Shown: in pieces, positions 38,086-52,348 of the stretch | How the letters are laid out: every line of letters starts with the position of its first letter | Position numbering within the stretch: position 1 is the stretch's first letter | DNA from: Octopus bimaculoides | Lineage: Eukaryota | NCBI RefSeq assembly: GCF_001194135.2 | Contig: NC_068988.1 | Span: 55,321,231 to 55,385,127, forward strand | Length of the DNA stretch: 63,897 nt | Direction of reading: 5' to 3' | Position numbers and translations under genes: made by a program | Notes under the pieces: model-generated | Seen by the model: the letters and a program-made list of their open reading frames with translations, nothing else | Database searches by the model: none | Told to the model about the DNA's origin: nothing

Positions 38086-39261
38086 AATACTTCATGTCCC
38101 AACCAACCTCAGCTCTCTTAAAGGACTCTCCCTCTCCACCGCCACCACCACACCACCACCACCACCACCTCTACATCTTGATCTTCATTAATACTCACTC
38201 TCTTCTTTCTCTTGTGTGTAGAAGCTGAGCTCTGAGCTTCTTTCTCTGTCATGGCAATCATTTCAAATGGGCATACATAAATACATACAGATAGATATAT
38301 GTGTATGTATATATATATATATATATATATATNNNNNNNNNNNNNNNNNNNNNNNNNNNNNNNNNNNNNNNNNNNNNNNNNNNNNNNNNNNNNNNNNNNN
38401 NNNNNNNNNNNNNNNNNNNNNNNNNNNNNNNNNNNNNNNNNNNNNNNNNNNNNNNNNNNNNNNNNNNNNNNNNNNNNNNNNNNNNNNNNNNNNNNNNNNN
38501 NNNNNNNNNNNNNNNNNNNNNNNNNNNNNNNNNNNNNNNNNNNNNNNNNNNNNNNNNNNNNNNNNNNNNNNNNNNNNNNNNNNNNNNNNNNNNNNNNNNN
38601 NNNNNNNNNNNNNNNNNNNNNNNNNNNNNNNNNNNNNNNNNNNNNNNNNNNNNNNNNNNNNNNNNNNNNNNNNNNNNNNNNNNNNNNNNNNNNNNNNNNN
38701 NNNNNNNNNNNNNNNNNNNNNNNNNNNNNNNNNNNNNNNNNNNNNNNNNNNNNNNNNNNNNNNNNNNNNNNNNNNNNNNNNNNNNNNNNNNNNNNNNNNN
38801 NNNNNNNNNNNNNNNNNNNNNNNNNNNNNNNNNNNNNNNNNNNNNNNNNNNNNNNNNNNNNNNNNNNNNNNNNNNNNNNNNNNNNNNNNNNNNNNNNNNN
38901 NNNNNNNNNNNNNNNNNNNNNNNNNNNNNNNNNNNNNNNNNNNNNNNNNNNNNNNNNNNNNNNNNNNNNNNNNNNNNNNNNNNNNNNNNNNNNNNNNNNN
39001 NNNNNNNNNNNNNNNNNNNNNNNNNNNNNNNNNNNNNNNNNNNNNNNNNNNNNNNNNNNNNNNNNNNNNNNNNNNNNNNNNNNNNNNNNNNNNNNNNNNN
39101 NNNNNNNNNNNNNNNNNNNNNNNNNNNNNNNNNNNNNNNNNNNNNNNNNNNNNNNNNNNNNNNNNNNNNNNNNNNNNNNNNNNNNNNNNNNNNNNNNNNN
39201 NNNNNNNNNNNNNNNNNNNNNNNNNNNNNNNNNNNNNNNNNNNNNNNNNNNNNNNNNNNNN

Positions 39262-39308
<47 letters not shown>

Positions 39309-39734
39309 CATACATATATATTTATTCTCTCTCTCTTTATTTCTGTTGAAGAGTGTAGGCTAGAAATGTAAAAGACTTTCTCACCTTCCTGAGCGTTAAA
39401 CTAATATGCCTACTTGTTGTTTATACACCTGTCTTCATCTTTTGTTTTTCTGTAAATTTCAACTATACACACACGCACACACACACACACACACATATAT
39501 ATAGTTATTTCTTTATTGCCCACAAGGGGCNNNNNNNNNNTCAACTATACACACACGCACACACACACACACACACATATATATAGTTATTTCTTTATTG
39601 CCCACAAGGGGCTAAACATAGAGGGGACAAGCAAGGACAGACAAAGGGATTAAGTCGATTACTTAGACCTCAGTGTGTAACTGGTACTTAATTTATCGAC
39701 CCCGAAAGGATGAAAGGCAAAGTTGACATAGACT

Positions 39735-40070
39735 CAAGAATGAAAAAGGCGCTTAGATCATTAAAAAAAACAACCTACTTAATTAGTGCAAAACTACCTA
39801 CAATTCAGCTCTAGCAGTTAAACATTGCGGAACTTGAAACCAACCTTATCGGGGATGCATAAATTTTAATTGGAACAACTTTTTACTGTGAAAAAATACT
39901 TTAGTCATCCTTTGAAAAATTTAATATATACCATTAAATGTGATGGATCCAGCATAGATTACATTGGACAAACTGAACTTATCTTAAGAATGAGATTAAC
40001 AATTCATCGACAACAAATTAGATATCCCAGAACTAGACAAACCCCACTCACTACTAACGTTCTATGAAGG
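39735..40070 (+). mobile_element. Penelope-like GIY-YIG endonuclease fragment
   Basis: NLIYTIKCDGSSIDYIGQTELILRMRLTIHRQQI matches the IY..C..YIGQT..R...H pattern. Confidence 0.8.
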
Positions 40071-41269
40071 AAAGAAATATCAAGAAGTGGCTGTGAATAG
40101 CTTGCTTACCAACCACATGGTTCTGGGTTCAGTCCCACTGCGTGGCACCTTGGGAAAGTGTCTTCTACTATAGCCTGGGACCGACCAAAGCAATGTGAGT
40201 GGATTTGGTAGACGGAAACTGAAAGAAGCCCGTCGTATGTATATATATATATATATNNNNNNNNNNNNNNNNNNNNNNNNNNNNNNNNNNNNNNNNNNNN
40301 NNNNNNNNNNNNNNNNNNNNNNNNNNNNNNNNNNNNNNNNNNNNNNNNNNNNNNNNNNNNNNNNNNNNNNNNNNNNNNNNNNNNNNNNNNNNNNNNNNNN
40401 NNNNNNNNNNNNNNNNNNNNNNNNNNNNNNNNNNNNNNNNNNNNNNNNNNNNNNNNNNNNNNNNNNNNNNNNNNNNNNNNNNNNNNNNNNNNNNNNNNNN
40501 NNNNNNNNNNNNNNNNNNNNNNNNNNNNNNNNNTTGTAACATATTGCATATTTAATAAGCCATAGGCTATATCATGCTGATTTTAAAAAAGACTGAAATA
40601 GTCTACACATCATCATCATCATCACCAACTAGAAATTTTAAGAACTTCATAGTAAATAAACAAATAAATAAACATGTAAATAAATAAATATGCAAATTTT
40701 AGGCATCTTCACTCTTAAAATTTCTTGCTTTCTCATTCAAAATCCTTATCCCGCCTGATATTAGGCAGAAATAATTTTCCTTGTAATTGCTGCCACCACT
40801 AGGTAAGCCACGTGTATATGAGTGTGTGTGTGTGTAGGAGAAGTTTGCTCCCCAACCGTTATGGTCTCAGGTTCAGTCCCATCCGCAGCACCTTGGGGAA
40901 GTGTCTTCTGCTATAGCCATGAGCCGACCAAAACATTGTGAATGGATTTGTTAGACGGAAACTAAAAGAAACCCATCTTGTATGTTGTCAGTTACATCTT
41001 CGTATCTAGCAACAAATCTAGCTGCTACCATCCTTGTGAGGGAATGGCAGAAGAAATATACAAATTTGGGCGAGTAACCGAACTTTCTGCGAACAAATCA
41101 TAAAAGTATCCTGTATATAGTGACAGAAAATTTGTCAAAGACTTTTAACAGATTCACAGATGCGATGAACAGATCCTGATTTTTTTTGCTGAACTTCTGA
41201 AGCAACCTCGCATCGAAGGTCATGTCGACTGCATTGCAACTCTGGCGTGAGGCTTTCTAATAGTGATTC

Positions 41270-41645
41270 ATCATCATCATCATCGTTTAACGTCCGCTTT
41301 CCATGCTAGCATGGGTTGGACGATTTGACTGAGGATTGGTGAACCAGATGGCTACACCAGGCTCCAATCTGATTTGGCAGAGTTTCTACAGCTGGATGCC
41401 CTTCTTAACGCCAACCACTCAGAGAGTGTAGTAGGTGCTTTTACGTGCCTACAACACGAAGGCCAATCAGGCGGTACTGGCAACGGCCACACTCAAAATG
41501 GTGTATTTTACGTGCCACCTACACAGGAGCCAGTCCAGCGGCACTGGCAACGATCTCGCTCGAATGTCTTTACACGTGCCAGGAAGGCGACGCTGGGCAC
41601 AGGTGCCATCACGATTTCGCTTTCGCTTGCCCCAACAGGTCTTCG
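41270..41645 (-). mobile_element. RTE 3'-UTR-derived repeat, CpG-rich copy
   Basis: (CAT)n tail then reverse complement of the 12410-12807 family. Confidence 0.85.
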
Positions 41646-42587
41646 CAGGATCGGTTATATGAATATATTCCTTTCGATAATATGAATATAATCCTTTCAG
41701 TTGAAAACTCCAATAAGCAGCAATGTCTTTATTGTTTTCTGTGTATGTATGTGGATGTGTTTTTATGTATTTGTACATGGGTACGAATTCAATTACTTCC
41801 TTCTTACCGTTCTTTGTTATTTAATATCATTCTGGTGTTTCTAAACCTATGCTTTGTGATTTGAATTACAATTTAGTTTACTTCGGAGTATGTGCGTGTG
41901 CTTGTGCCATTATTTGATATTCGATATCTTTTTACAAATAGGATTTTCTGAATATTTGCTTTAAACCCAATAAAAATGATTTGTAGAATAAGTTATAAAT
42001 TGAGAATGTTTCACTCTAATCTTTTCATCTGCATTTTTATCTGAAGTGAACATGCAATAAACCACACAAATTGATTCATTCACTTCCACGAAAACTTTAT
42101 GACAATAAAACGACAGAGGAAACAATGTAGAAATTTTTTACTATCTAGGCCCGTTACATGTGTATCTTGTGGACTCGCATGTCGTTAAATACTAATATCT
42201 TGCAACCGGAGATGTTTTAGTGTCTTTGATGGTCATATAGGTGGAAATATTTCTATTTTATTTAAGAGGAAGTAGAATAGTACTACTCACTGTTGTCGGG
42301 TCGCCCCAGACTTGTGAGAATGATGTTCAACTTGAAGTTTTAGGAAGATGATATCTGAGAAAGATGTGAGCAGGGAGAAAGTAACAGGGGCATTGAATTG
42401 AAATTACGAGCTAAAAGACTGGGTGAAATATTTTGTATAAGGATTGGGCTTTTTGTTACGATAGATAGAGAAGGCAAGGAGAAGTCAGGAGAATATATCG
42501 AGTGTGTTCACGCAGAGGTGGTAACCAATTCACTTGTTCAGAAGATTAGTAAAAGTAATGGCAGAAAAAGAGTTGGAAGGTAGCCAG

Positions 42588-42791
42588 GCGGCGAGCTGGC
42601 AGAAACGTTAGCACACCGGGCGAAATCCTTAGCGGTATTTCGTCTGCCGTTACGTTCTGAGTTCAAATTCCACCGAGGTCGACTTTGCCTTTCATCCTTT
42701 CGAGGTCGATAAATTAAGTACCAGTTACGTACTGGGATCGATGTAATCAGCTTAATGTCCTTGTTTGTCCCCTCTATGTTTAAAAGAAATA
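42588..42791 (+). mobile_element. Young SINE with a perfect 25-bp TSD
   Basis: AGAAAAAGAGTTGGAAGGTAGCCAG at 42563-42587 and 42792-42816. Confidence 0.92.
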
Positions 42792-44411
42792 AGAAAAAGA
42801 GTTGGAAGGTAGCCAGTGCAGTCTTTACTTTTTGGTGTGAAGTTAAAATAGACAGTGTAAAGTAAACTATGTTAGATTCTCGCAAACTTACTTAATTCGC
42901 GCCCTAAGGAATATGTCATCGGCGACTTACCTCCACTGGTTTCGATTCTGAGCTGTCTTTCATCTCCTAAGTCTTGTTGGTTTTGAATTGTTATCGATGC
43001 TTCTTTAACCTTGCTTTTTTTTCTAGGTAGGGGTGCTGGCCCTTCGCATACCCTAAGGAAGAGATGGCTCATATTAGGGTGACCTCTATTCTTTGACCTG
43101 TTCAGCACGGGATGCTCCACCTGGAGTTCCACTAGTATGACTCTTAGGGTCATTGAGGAATAAAAGCTCTCACACCGCAACAAGGACTGGGCCTTGAGTT
43201 CTTAGATTGTAAACGAATAATATTTGTTTTTAGCTGGAGATATCTCTGTATCTTTTATGGCAGCTATAAAGCTGAAATAATGTATTTCACATGGCAGCAT
43301 TAGAGCTTTGTTTTACGGTGATCCAGTTTCTATCTCTATCAATACAAAAGCAGTTGGAAAGACGTGAAAACCTGTCCTTAAAACAGTACCCCAGACTTTG
43401 ATAACCACACAGGCATACTTTTGAAAACAAGTATCAACAGCAATAATGGTTTCAAATTTTTGGCAATTTTAAGGTCAGCATTTTATTAGGAGTGGAGGGA
43501 GTCAATTGCAAAGACCTCGATGCTCAATGAAAGGCTAAGTCGACCTCGGTAGAATTTGAATCCATAACTTAAAGAAGAAATGCCGCTAAGCAGTAATAAT
43601 GGTTTGAAATTTTAGCAAAGGGTCAGCAATTTCAGCGGAGGGAGTAAGACGATTACATCGATCCCAGGGCTCAAATGGTACTTATTTTATCGACCTTGAA
43701 AGGGATGAAAGACAAAGTCGACCTTGGTGGAATTTGAACACAGATCGTAAAAACGGACGAAATGCTACTAAGCATTTTTCCCGGCATGCTAAAAATTCTG
43801 CCAGTTCGCCACCTTATCAGTTCACCACCTTACCAGATCGCTGCCTTAGTATCAGCAATAATAATAGTGTCTCAATCTGAGACATCTGAGGAAGTTTGGA
43901 TTTTAGGCATTAGACCAATGTCAAAGATTAATTACACTATTAACGCAGCAAAAAGAGAAAAAAAGAAAGGAAAGAAATGAGATTGTCAGAAAGAAGTGTG
44001 CCAGTGTTTTAATAACCATTTCTGACTCATCTGTTGGGTCACAAATTTATAACAGAGTGGGGAGGAGATAGGATTCATGTTTTTATTTTCAACACCAATG
44101 GCGACATTTTGTTATAATCATTAGTAACTTGACGAAAGTATTGTGTTCGTGTTCTAGTTCAGTAGTCGGCCAAACAATTTCTGCAGCTACCTGTCATTGG
44201 GTTTAGTTCGTCTGTAAATAAAGAAATAAAATATCATTTTTGTGGATTATATCTGTGGCCACACTGGGGCACCACGTTATAGAATTTTTAGTCGAATGAA
44301 TCGAGCCGAGTACTTATTTATTTTAAAGCCTGCTACTTATATCGGTGTCTTACGTTGAACCGCTAAGTTAAGGGGACGTAAATACACCAACACAGATTGT
44401 TAAGCGGTGGT

Positions 44412-44447
<36 letters not shown>

Positions 44448-44970
44448 TGGGCTTCTTTGGTAAAACGATGAATTAAACCTTATTACATTGCAGTGGCGGC
44501 TCGTGTGTAGGCACTGCGGAACTGCAGCACCCCCTATTTCCACTCGATATTATCGATAACATTCAATATAATGAGCCCTTTTTTTCTTTAATTCTTTCTT
44601 TATACACATTCATTATATAATCCTTAAGCTTAATGTCAGTAGCCATCCCCTAGTTTATGAAAAAATGCAAAAATCCTTGTATAGAACTGTGCGCTTCACA
44701 GTTCCAGCGACGCGGTGTTTGGCTGTTGTGCACATGCTCACATGCCCGAGATAGGAAGCTTCTCACTAGGGAGAGAGAGCACTGCGTGAAAAGCAGTGCC
44801 GAATGAAAGGTAATGTTACTTTTTGACTCCGCGTGTGTTGTGCTTAAAAAACGTGATAAAGTGTAGAATTAGATTATTATCCTGCTTCCAGCTTCAGTGT
44901 TGCTGCTAGGATTTGAAAAATAGGGCACATTCCTCTCCACCGTTATTTTGTGATTTAGAGGACATCCTGT

Positions 44971-45499
44971 TGGCGGCCAGCCATGAGACTCGAACTCACA
45001 TCCCTGTGATTCCGCATCAAGTGCTTTACCATAAAGCTAAACTTCCTGAACGACAAATTCTTCTGCAAATTTAGGATATATAAATCTAGCTTTATAAGAC
45101 GCCGACAGAATTTTCTGCAAAATATTGATAGTTTATCCTGTTCATGCTATATTATTAGCATTATCCTGCGCTTGAGAATAAACTTATTTCCTTATCTGTA
45201 TCTTTCAATACATCTCAACGCTTCTGAAGCAAACTTTATTGACTTTCAGCGTAGGTTGAATTTAACGTACAATAGCGTCTTATAAAGCTAGATTTATATA
45301 TCCTAAATTTGCAGAAGAATTTATCATTCGGACAGTTTAGCTTAATGGTAAAGCACATGACGCGTAATCACATGGTTGTGAGTTCGAGTCTCATGGCTGG
45401 CCACCGACAGAATTTTCTGCAAAATATGGATAGTTTATCCTGTTCATGCTCTATTATTAACATTATCCAGCGTTTGAGAATAAAATTATTTCCTTATCT
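44971..45499. repeat. Inverted pair of tRNA-like units plus a ~95-bp direct repeat
   Basis: 44971-45102 is approximately the reverse complement of 45275-45404; 45103-45197 approximately equals 45405-45499. Confidence 0.85.
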
Positions 45500-46199
45500 T
45501 TATATATATATATATATATATACATATGTTATTTGTGTATGAAGGCCACCATTGGTTTCATAATCAGAAATATTTNNNNNNNNNNNNNNNNNNNNNNNNN
45601 NNNNNNNNNNNNNNNNNNNNNNNNNNNNNNNNNNNNNNNNNNNNNNNNNNNNNNNNNNNNNNNNNNNNNNNNNNNNNNNNNNNNNNNNNNNNNNNNNNNN
45701 NNNNNNNNNNNNNNNNNNNNNNNNNNNNNNNNNNNNNNNNNNNNNNNNNNNNNNNNNNNNNNNNNNNNNNNNNNNNNNNNNNNNNNNNNNNNNNNNNNNN
45801 NNNNNNNNNNNNNNNNNNNNNNNNNNNNNNNNNNNNNNNNNNNNNNNNNNNNNNNNNNNNNNNNNNNNNNNNNNNNNNNNNNNNNNNNNNNNNNNNNNNN
45901 NNNNNNNNNNNNNNNNNNNNNNNNNNNNNNNNNNNNNNNNNNNNNNNNNNNNNNNNNNNNNNNNNNNNNNNNNNNNNNNNNNNNNNNNNNNNNNNNNNNN
46001 NNNNNNNNNNNNNNNNNNNNNNNNNNNNNNNNNNNNNNNNNNNNNNNNNNNNNNNNNNNNNNNNNNNNNNNNNNNNNNNNNNNNNNNNNNNNNNNNNNNN
46101 NNNNNNNNNNNNNNNNNNNNNNNNNNNNNNNNNNNNNNNNNNNNNNNNNNNNNNNNNNNNNNNNNNNNNNNNNNNNNNNNNNNNNNNNNNNNNNNNCGG

Positions 46200-46950
46200 A
46201 TTAAATTTGGCAGTTGGCTTAACAGGAAAAGAAAACGCAATATTCCATCAAAAATAAAAGTATTTTAATGAAAATAAAAATATCAACTGGTAAATAACAA
46301 TTTTCTCAGAGTAGTCGCACTCAGTTTCTACCACAGCCTCAAGACGGTTCCAGAACTGGCGCATGCTTTCCTCATTGTGTTACTGAGATGATCTTCGAAC
46401 ACCTTGATCTTGGCCACCTACTCGGCCTTGGTGCTGCAGGTAGAACAATTGATATCTTTCCCAACCCACACATAGTAAACCATGGGATAACAATCGGCAG
46501 GATTATAAGGCCAGAAATTGGGGCCGGTGAAGTTGTAGAAATTCTCTGACAATCTCTTCTGACTTTTTCCGGAAGCAAGGCAAGAAGCTGAATCCTACTG
46601 TCATACATATGGCCTCCCAGCACCAACCCTCTCCGCCAAGGATTGACCACGGTCTCCAGTAACTTCACTCAGCTGTCTAAATTGAGGCCCTGTTCAAATA
46701 TGTGGGGATGAATTCCGGCGTGCGGACGCAGTAAAACACTAGGTGTTTCCCTTTCTTCTGGTCAAGATTTCGAGTCTCAGTTGCTGCTGCCCATGTCACG
46801 TCTTACAGCTTTTACACCGTTCACATAGCATTGACCAACAACCATGATGTTGGCATGAATCATTATGATACATGTAACCCAATGTTCAGAGGGCTTCCAA
46901 TGTTCAGCTAACTTTTTCTCAACTCCAACTTTAACATTTATGCTCTCCAA
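46200..46950 (-). mobile_element. Decayed mariner-like (possibly DD37D/maT-type) transposon
   Basis: Minus strand reads GRPYV*Q*DSASCLASGKSQKRLSENFYNFTGPNFWPYNPADCYPM..YYVW, a degenerate QQDSAP...WPPNSPD.NP.DY.VW. Confidence 0.8.
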
Positions 46951-47635
46951 CGCTGTTGACTTATGTATGTATAAAAATCTATCTATCCATCTATCTATCT
47001 ATCTATCTATCTATCTATGAGCGACAGAAGCAGTATTAATACAAAAAGGCAATCTTTATCCAACTTAACGATAACAAAATATCCACGTTAAGTTAGATAT
47101 AAAGAACCTTTTGGTAAGTTGTGGGTAAAGATTGCCTTCGATCCCTAATATTTTTGTTAATAAGCCTGCTGGCTATTTGTGACATCAGCGACAGAAATCC
47201 TATTTATTGTTGGCAGTTAGATTCAACTGGTTTGCGGTTGTCGGACGTCTGTCCCCGAGGAGCCCAGGTAGGTCGAAATACGTAATCTAGCTGTTCCGAC
47301 GCCCATAGCAGCTGATTATCGTCTGCCAGCAATATAAATATGCGTACTTTTATGCACCATGCGTCCATATAAGAGGTACCCTCAAGGTAAATAACGCAGT
47401 ATTCAGTGTTCCAACAAAAACATCCACGTTAAGTTGGATATAAAGACAGCCTTTATATACATATGATAGCTGACATAATGATATTTGGTGTTGGCGATTT
47501 ACAATGAACAATATTGATAACTGCTGAGTGGGAGGAGAGAAAAAATGATCTGAAAATGTAGAAAGCTATCTGTGTGACATCATATGGTCAGTCAAAAATT
47601 ACACGAAGTCATCTGTATGAATCTCCGAGGTAATC

Positions 47636-48675
47636 TGTAGCGTCAGCGGTCAGTTTGCTGTCTGCCTGGTAACAGTAGCGTCGCATGAGTTAGTCAGCCA
47701 CCTTCAACACTCTACGATTGATTGACCGCCAAAAACGGCTTCTAGCGTACGACTTAAGGGATACTCTCTCTCTTATATATACATTAATACGGACGTAGTG
47801 GATAATAGCTAGCCTTCGGCCGCACTTTTGGACCCTGTTGTATCCATCACTCTGACTGGTTGGTATTGGCGCATTTTATCTCCTGTTCTATTGTGCGCCA
47901 AGATGCAACCCAACCAATTGCAGCCTTCAGATAAGGTCGCGTGAGACAGTCTTTTCTGAACCCCAGTTTACGCCGACAGTATATTATAAATAGCTAGCCT
48001 CTCACCGTCACAGTTTGTCAGTCCTTTCGGCTCCAGACCTTCTGAGGTCTAGCCACTGATCACAGAGCACACAACCAGTTCTAGGGACGACAACAGCAGC
48101 CACATGGAGAGTCGTCAACAGTTCGTCCAGCATTCAGGACCTCCATCTTCGTCGCTTCCAGCTTCTTAGCGTCTACATCAACTTCTCTACGTACACACTA
48201 ACCAGCAACGCTCGCAACAACGCTGTTTGTGAAATGCTTCACAATGGTTAACAGCAAATACAACCTGCGACAAACCTTCTGTAACAAGTAACCGGCAGCA
48301 GCATTGAAGCCATAACTTCTCACAACACGTGTCTCTTCCCGGCTCTGCATTGCCGCCACAACTTCTTGTTACAGCACCTCAACCACTGTGTACTTTGAAT
48401 ACGAACTGGTATTTACCATCCTTGTGTCTGGACTTACTTCTAACGTCCTTATAGACTCTTTTCTATGCTCTGTATTTCTCGCAAACACATACACACATGT
48501 TTGTATATACACACACTTTGTTTACATGACGGTCTGTCTATTATCATGTTTATATGTCGCACTCACACACAAAGACATACATGTTGACATATCAATAAAA
48601 TCTTCTCTTAAACCTTCTACCGGTTGTGTCTCTCTTTTCCTTCTGGCACTATACTCATTTATCCTCTTTTAATAT
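47636..48675 (+). mobile_element. Possible solo LTR
   Basis: Starts TGTAGCG, TATAAATAG at 47985, AATAAA at 48594, GC-richer than the flanks; no TSD or clean CA end found. Confidence 0.35.
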
Positions 48676-51420
48676 TTTTATTTGTATCGACCGTGCGATG
48701 TCTTAAAGGAGCCATTCCTCGTCATCTCTCATGATCACACGGTCGCTTACAGACTTTTATAAGAGTTAAGCAGTTAAAGTTTAGAACATTCGAGGAAACT
48801 ACATCACGTCACAGCTTCACGTTGATTGGTTGATTTATAGACCGATCGCATGAAACTGGTTGCTCACTCGTGGTGTCTGACCGAGTATCTAGCGATTAGG
48901 GTTCGGATCTTTGTTACAGTGCCTTCTATCACAGACGAGGGTCGATCAAGGCCTTCTGAGTGAAGTTTGATAGGCAGAAATCGTATGGAAGTTCATCGTG
49001 GGACCATTCTTGTTTTTGGTGCTTCTAATCTGTTAATACCACCTCCTGACGCTTTAGCGGAGTCCATTTTGTGTGCGAGGATTCGAGCTGGATATCCGAT
49101 CTAAGGATTGCTTTCCCCTTTCCATCTACCCGTATCAGAGACCCTGAAAAAAGTCAAGGGCTGTGCTCTTCTTGTGACTAAGCTGTGTAAAAAAAAAAAA
49201 GAGAGAGAGAGAAAAGTCTACATTATCCAATAACTCTTGCATTGGCCAATACTGTTGGGTGAGATTCGGTTGCTATTTCTAGAAAATACTACTCTGCAAT
49301 ACTTCGAAGAATGAGTCTTCAGCCAAAATCTCAGGTTGACTCAAGCTTTGTAAATAAGATATTGGCTTGATTGAAGCTGCTCGAAAACCTGTCAGAAACA
49401 CTGTACATGTAACTCAGAGAACCCAACCTTGTCAAACGCTGTGTCGCGTTGAATTCTGCTTGAAGGATGTGTGTCCGTAGTCTAGTCAGTTATTATACAT
49501 TATAACACCATGGATAGGTAGTTCTGTTGATCATTGGATCTATTTCATTTTGTGGCCAGACACCGCCGGAGAGAAGCTAATCATGTTTAATTAACACAGG
49601 CCACAGTGAAAGTTGTCGTTGTTGTACTTGTTTAATCAGAAATCAGCCTTGCTCGAGTAAACATGTGATCAAATACGCTCTCAAGCATAACCACCCAATC
49701 TTTTTCCCATCGAAGGTATGATTTTAAGGCGAGTTGTCTGTTATATCAAGCTGGTTGAGCGACTCCATAGAAGCTCCTTCTTTGGCTTATTGTTATAGAT
49801 GTTTAGCGCTGATGAAACAGATATACGATGTAAAATATTCCACCAATAACTTTTTCATATTTATATACAACATTATCGAAAGTGTTCATATCTTTTTAAG
49901 ACGGTAGTGTATAATTTGAGGGTAGAAGACCTCACATTGGCATAAATAACGTAGGTTTTAGCATCTGAGAAAAATACACTGAATACATTCTCAGCTCTGA
50001 CATTATTACATATAATGGATATTAGGCAACTAGAACAATATGATAAATATTGTTGTTTACGCAAACAAACGTCGCCTGTGTGAGGTCTCATTCTGTACTA
50101 TGAAACCACAGACCACAATTTTTAATATTACTACATTACTACAACATTGACTTTATACTACATTTTTACAACGCATCTTCTTCACAAATTTACTACAACA
50201 CTGCCATCACAATACACTATTTTTTTTATGAAGTGTTCTGTTCAAATTGTTGGTGTGTGCGCACACAAAACATTTTGCAAACAGTGCACAAAAGGTTACA
50301 CGCCTTGCGTGAGTATAAAATGAACACATACTTTTGTCATGAGAAAAAATATGCATGACAAAATTTTTACGCACATTAATTTCTAATACTTTTAGATAAC
50401 GTTACTTCCATTCTATATTACCATACCATTGCATCCACAATCTTCACAACACTATATTTAGGCAATGCTACAATTCCACATCACTCTCCTCGCATTACAT
50501 TATTTTGGAACTGCCTGCACAGTATATTTCTACAATGGTATTGCCCCAAACAAGGTTTTAGTTTACTGTAGCGTAAGGGACAACAAAGCAGCAAAAGGAA
50601 CCTACAAATCCAAAAAATATCGGTTGACAGATATGTTAAAGGACTGAATATCAGAGATCAAATGAAAACAAGACGATAGTAATGAGTTCCAGTGAGCAGC
50701 AATTAGAAGAAAGAAGCCATTAGAATAAAAGGACTTATTAACTGACCCCCACTCTCCATTACAACACTGCTTTGATATTAAATTACAACGCTTTTATCTG
50801 TACACTATACAGGTTGTGCCGAGTGTTTGTGAACACGTTTTTGTGGATCTTAAATGGAAGACGATCTAAAGTAATGTCACACAGTATGCACTAAATTGGA
50901 ACTTTTTCCTTCCTCTTTCTGACGTATCAATAGCATAGATTTCAGTCCCGCAGAGAAAAAGGAAAAGATACACCGTGCTCGGAGTTCCTACTGCCGAAAA
51001 AAAAAAAAAAACGTTTCGGAAATCACCAACTTCTTGAGTGTGATTAGGTCCTTCATTTTTAGGGTCTGGAAATAATTGAATGCTATTGATATGGACTCAT
51101 TGATATGGACTCATCCAAGTCCAAAAGAAAATTTTCTCAGCAGTCAAGCAATGACAGCCCAATTAGTCTTGCAGGTTCAGAACATCATCAATGACAACGG
51201 TGGTAGGTTGACGAGGACCATCTTCAAGCAACTCAATACAGCGGAGACCCATATTAGAGTGCACGATGATATTGAAAATAAATCCTGCGTGATAAAGACG
51301 AGGCAGTTCATGTCCTGCAAAACTTGAAAGAACCACGTGATCATATGACTTCCAGCATGTATTACAACGTCGCTATCTTCACATTTCACCACAAGATTCA
51401 GTCGTTGTTGCAGTCGAATA

Positions 51421-52348
51421 GGGACAACTCACAGCACCAACTCAGCGCCAGGACAACTCACCACAGGAAAACTGATTAATAAATAAATTATTCGTTTTAT
51501 AACATTATCAGAAACTTATAAAAAAGATTACTCTTAATACATGGCTTGAATAATAAAAAAAAAGCAGAACAACGATGCTACCTTTGCACTAAAAGCCAAG
51601 ATAATATTAAGTTTAGCATTTGATCCTGTTCCATATATTGATTTGTATATTGACGCCCTCTCTGCGGATATACCTGAAGAATTTGCAGCACTGCTGAATT
51701 GGTTCGAAGATACCTATATTGGAAAACCAAATCGACGTGGAAATAGTAGAAGACCTTCACTCTTCCCTTATGAAATGTGGAATGTTTACGAGAGGATGTT
51801 GCTCGGGAAGACCGGACAAATAACCATACTGAAGCAGCAAATAGGAGACTCCAAACAGAGCTGGGAATGGAGCACTCCACAATTTAGAGAGTCATAAATG
51901 GGCTGCATAAGGTGCAAAGAAACCGAGATGCATTGTTTGAGCAACTGATTGGAAGTCATCCCCATCCCCTTAAACTGAAGAAGTATATGAAGGCAGATGA
52001 TAGAATTCTGCATATTGTTTCATCTTTTTCAGAACGATCTCCCACAGAATATTTGAAGGGAATTGCATACAACTTTCAATAAATTTCTCATTTAAATTTT
52101 AGCCTTGTATTGAAAATGTAGTTTCTCAATTACTTTTATTCGAATTTTAAAATTCATGTCTTGTATTAAATTAATCTTTTATAAATACCTGATAAAGTTA
52201 TAAAACGAATAAAGTTATAAAACGAAACAATTATTTATTAATCAATTTTCCTGGTGTTCAGTTGTCATGGCAATGAGTTTTCCTGGCTTTGAGTCGGCTA
52301 TGTTGAGTCGGCGGTGTTAAGTTGGCGGTGGTGAGTTGTCCTGCACCC
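51421..52348 (+). mobile_element. Internally deleted MULE (Mutator-like) element with long TIRs
   Basis: TIRs GGACAACTCAC...AATAAATAA..TTCGTTTTATAAC at both ends; C-terminal transposase LLNWFEDTYIG...LFPYEMWNVYER...RTNNHTEAANRRL. Confidence 0.88.

Noticed and set aside
38118-39371. Long ORFs of 350-400 aa (also at 18.4-19.2, 45.5-46.2 and 61.7-63.0 kb)
   Set aside because: Made of N runs and dinucleotide repeats
39461-39611. Exact ~70-bp duplication around a 10-N gap
   Set aside because: Same assembly artefact
45330-45403. Functional tRNA-Thr(CGT) gene
   Set aside because: Mismatches in the acceptor and anticodon stems; kept only as a tRNA-like repeat unit
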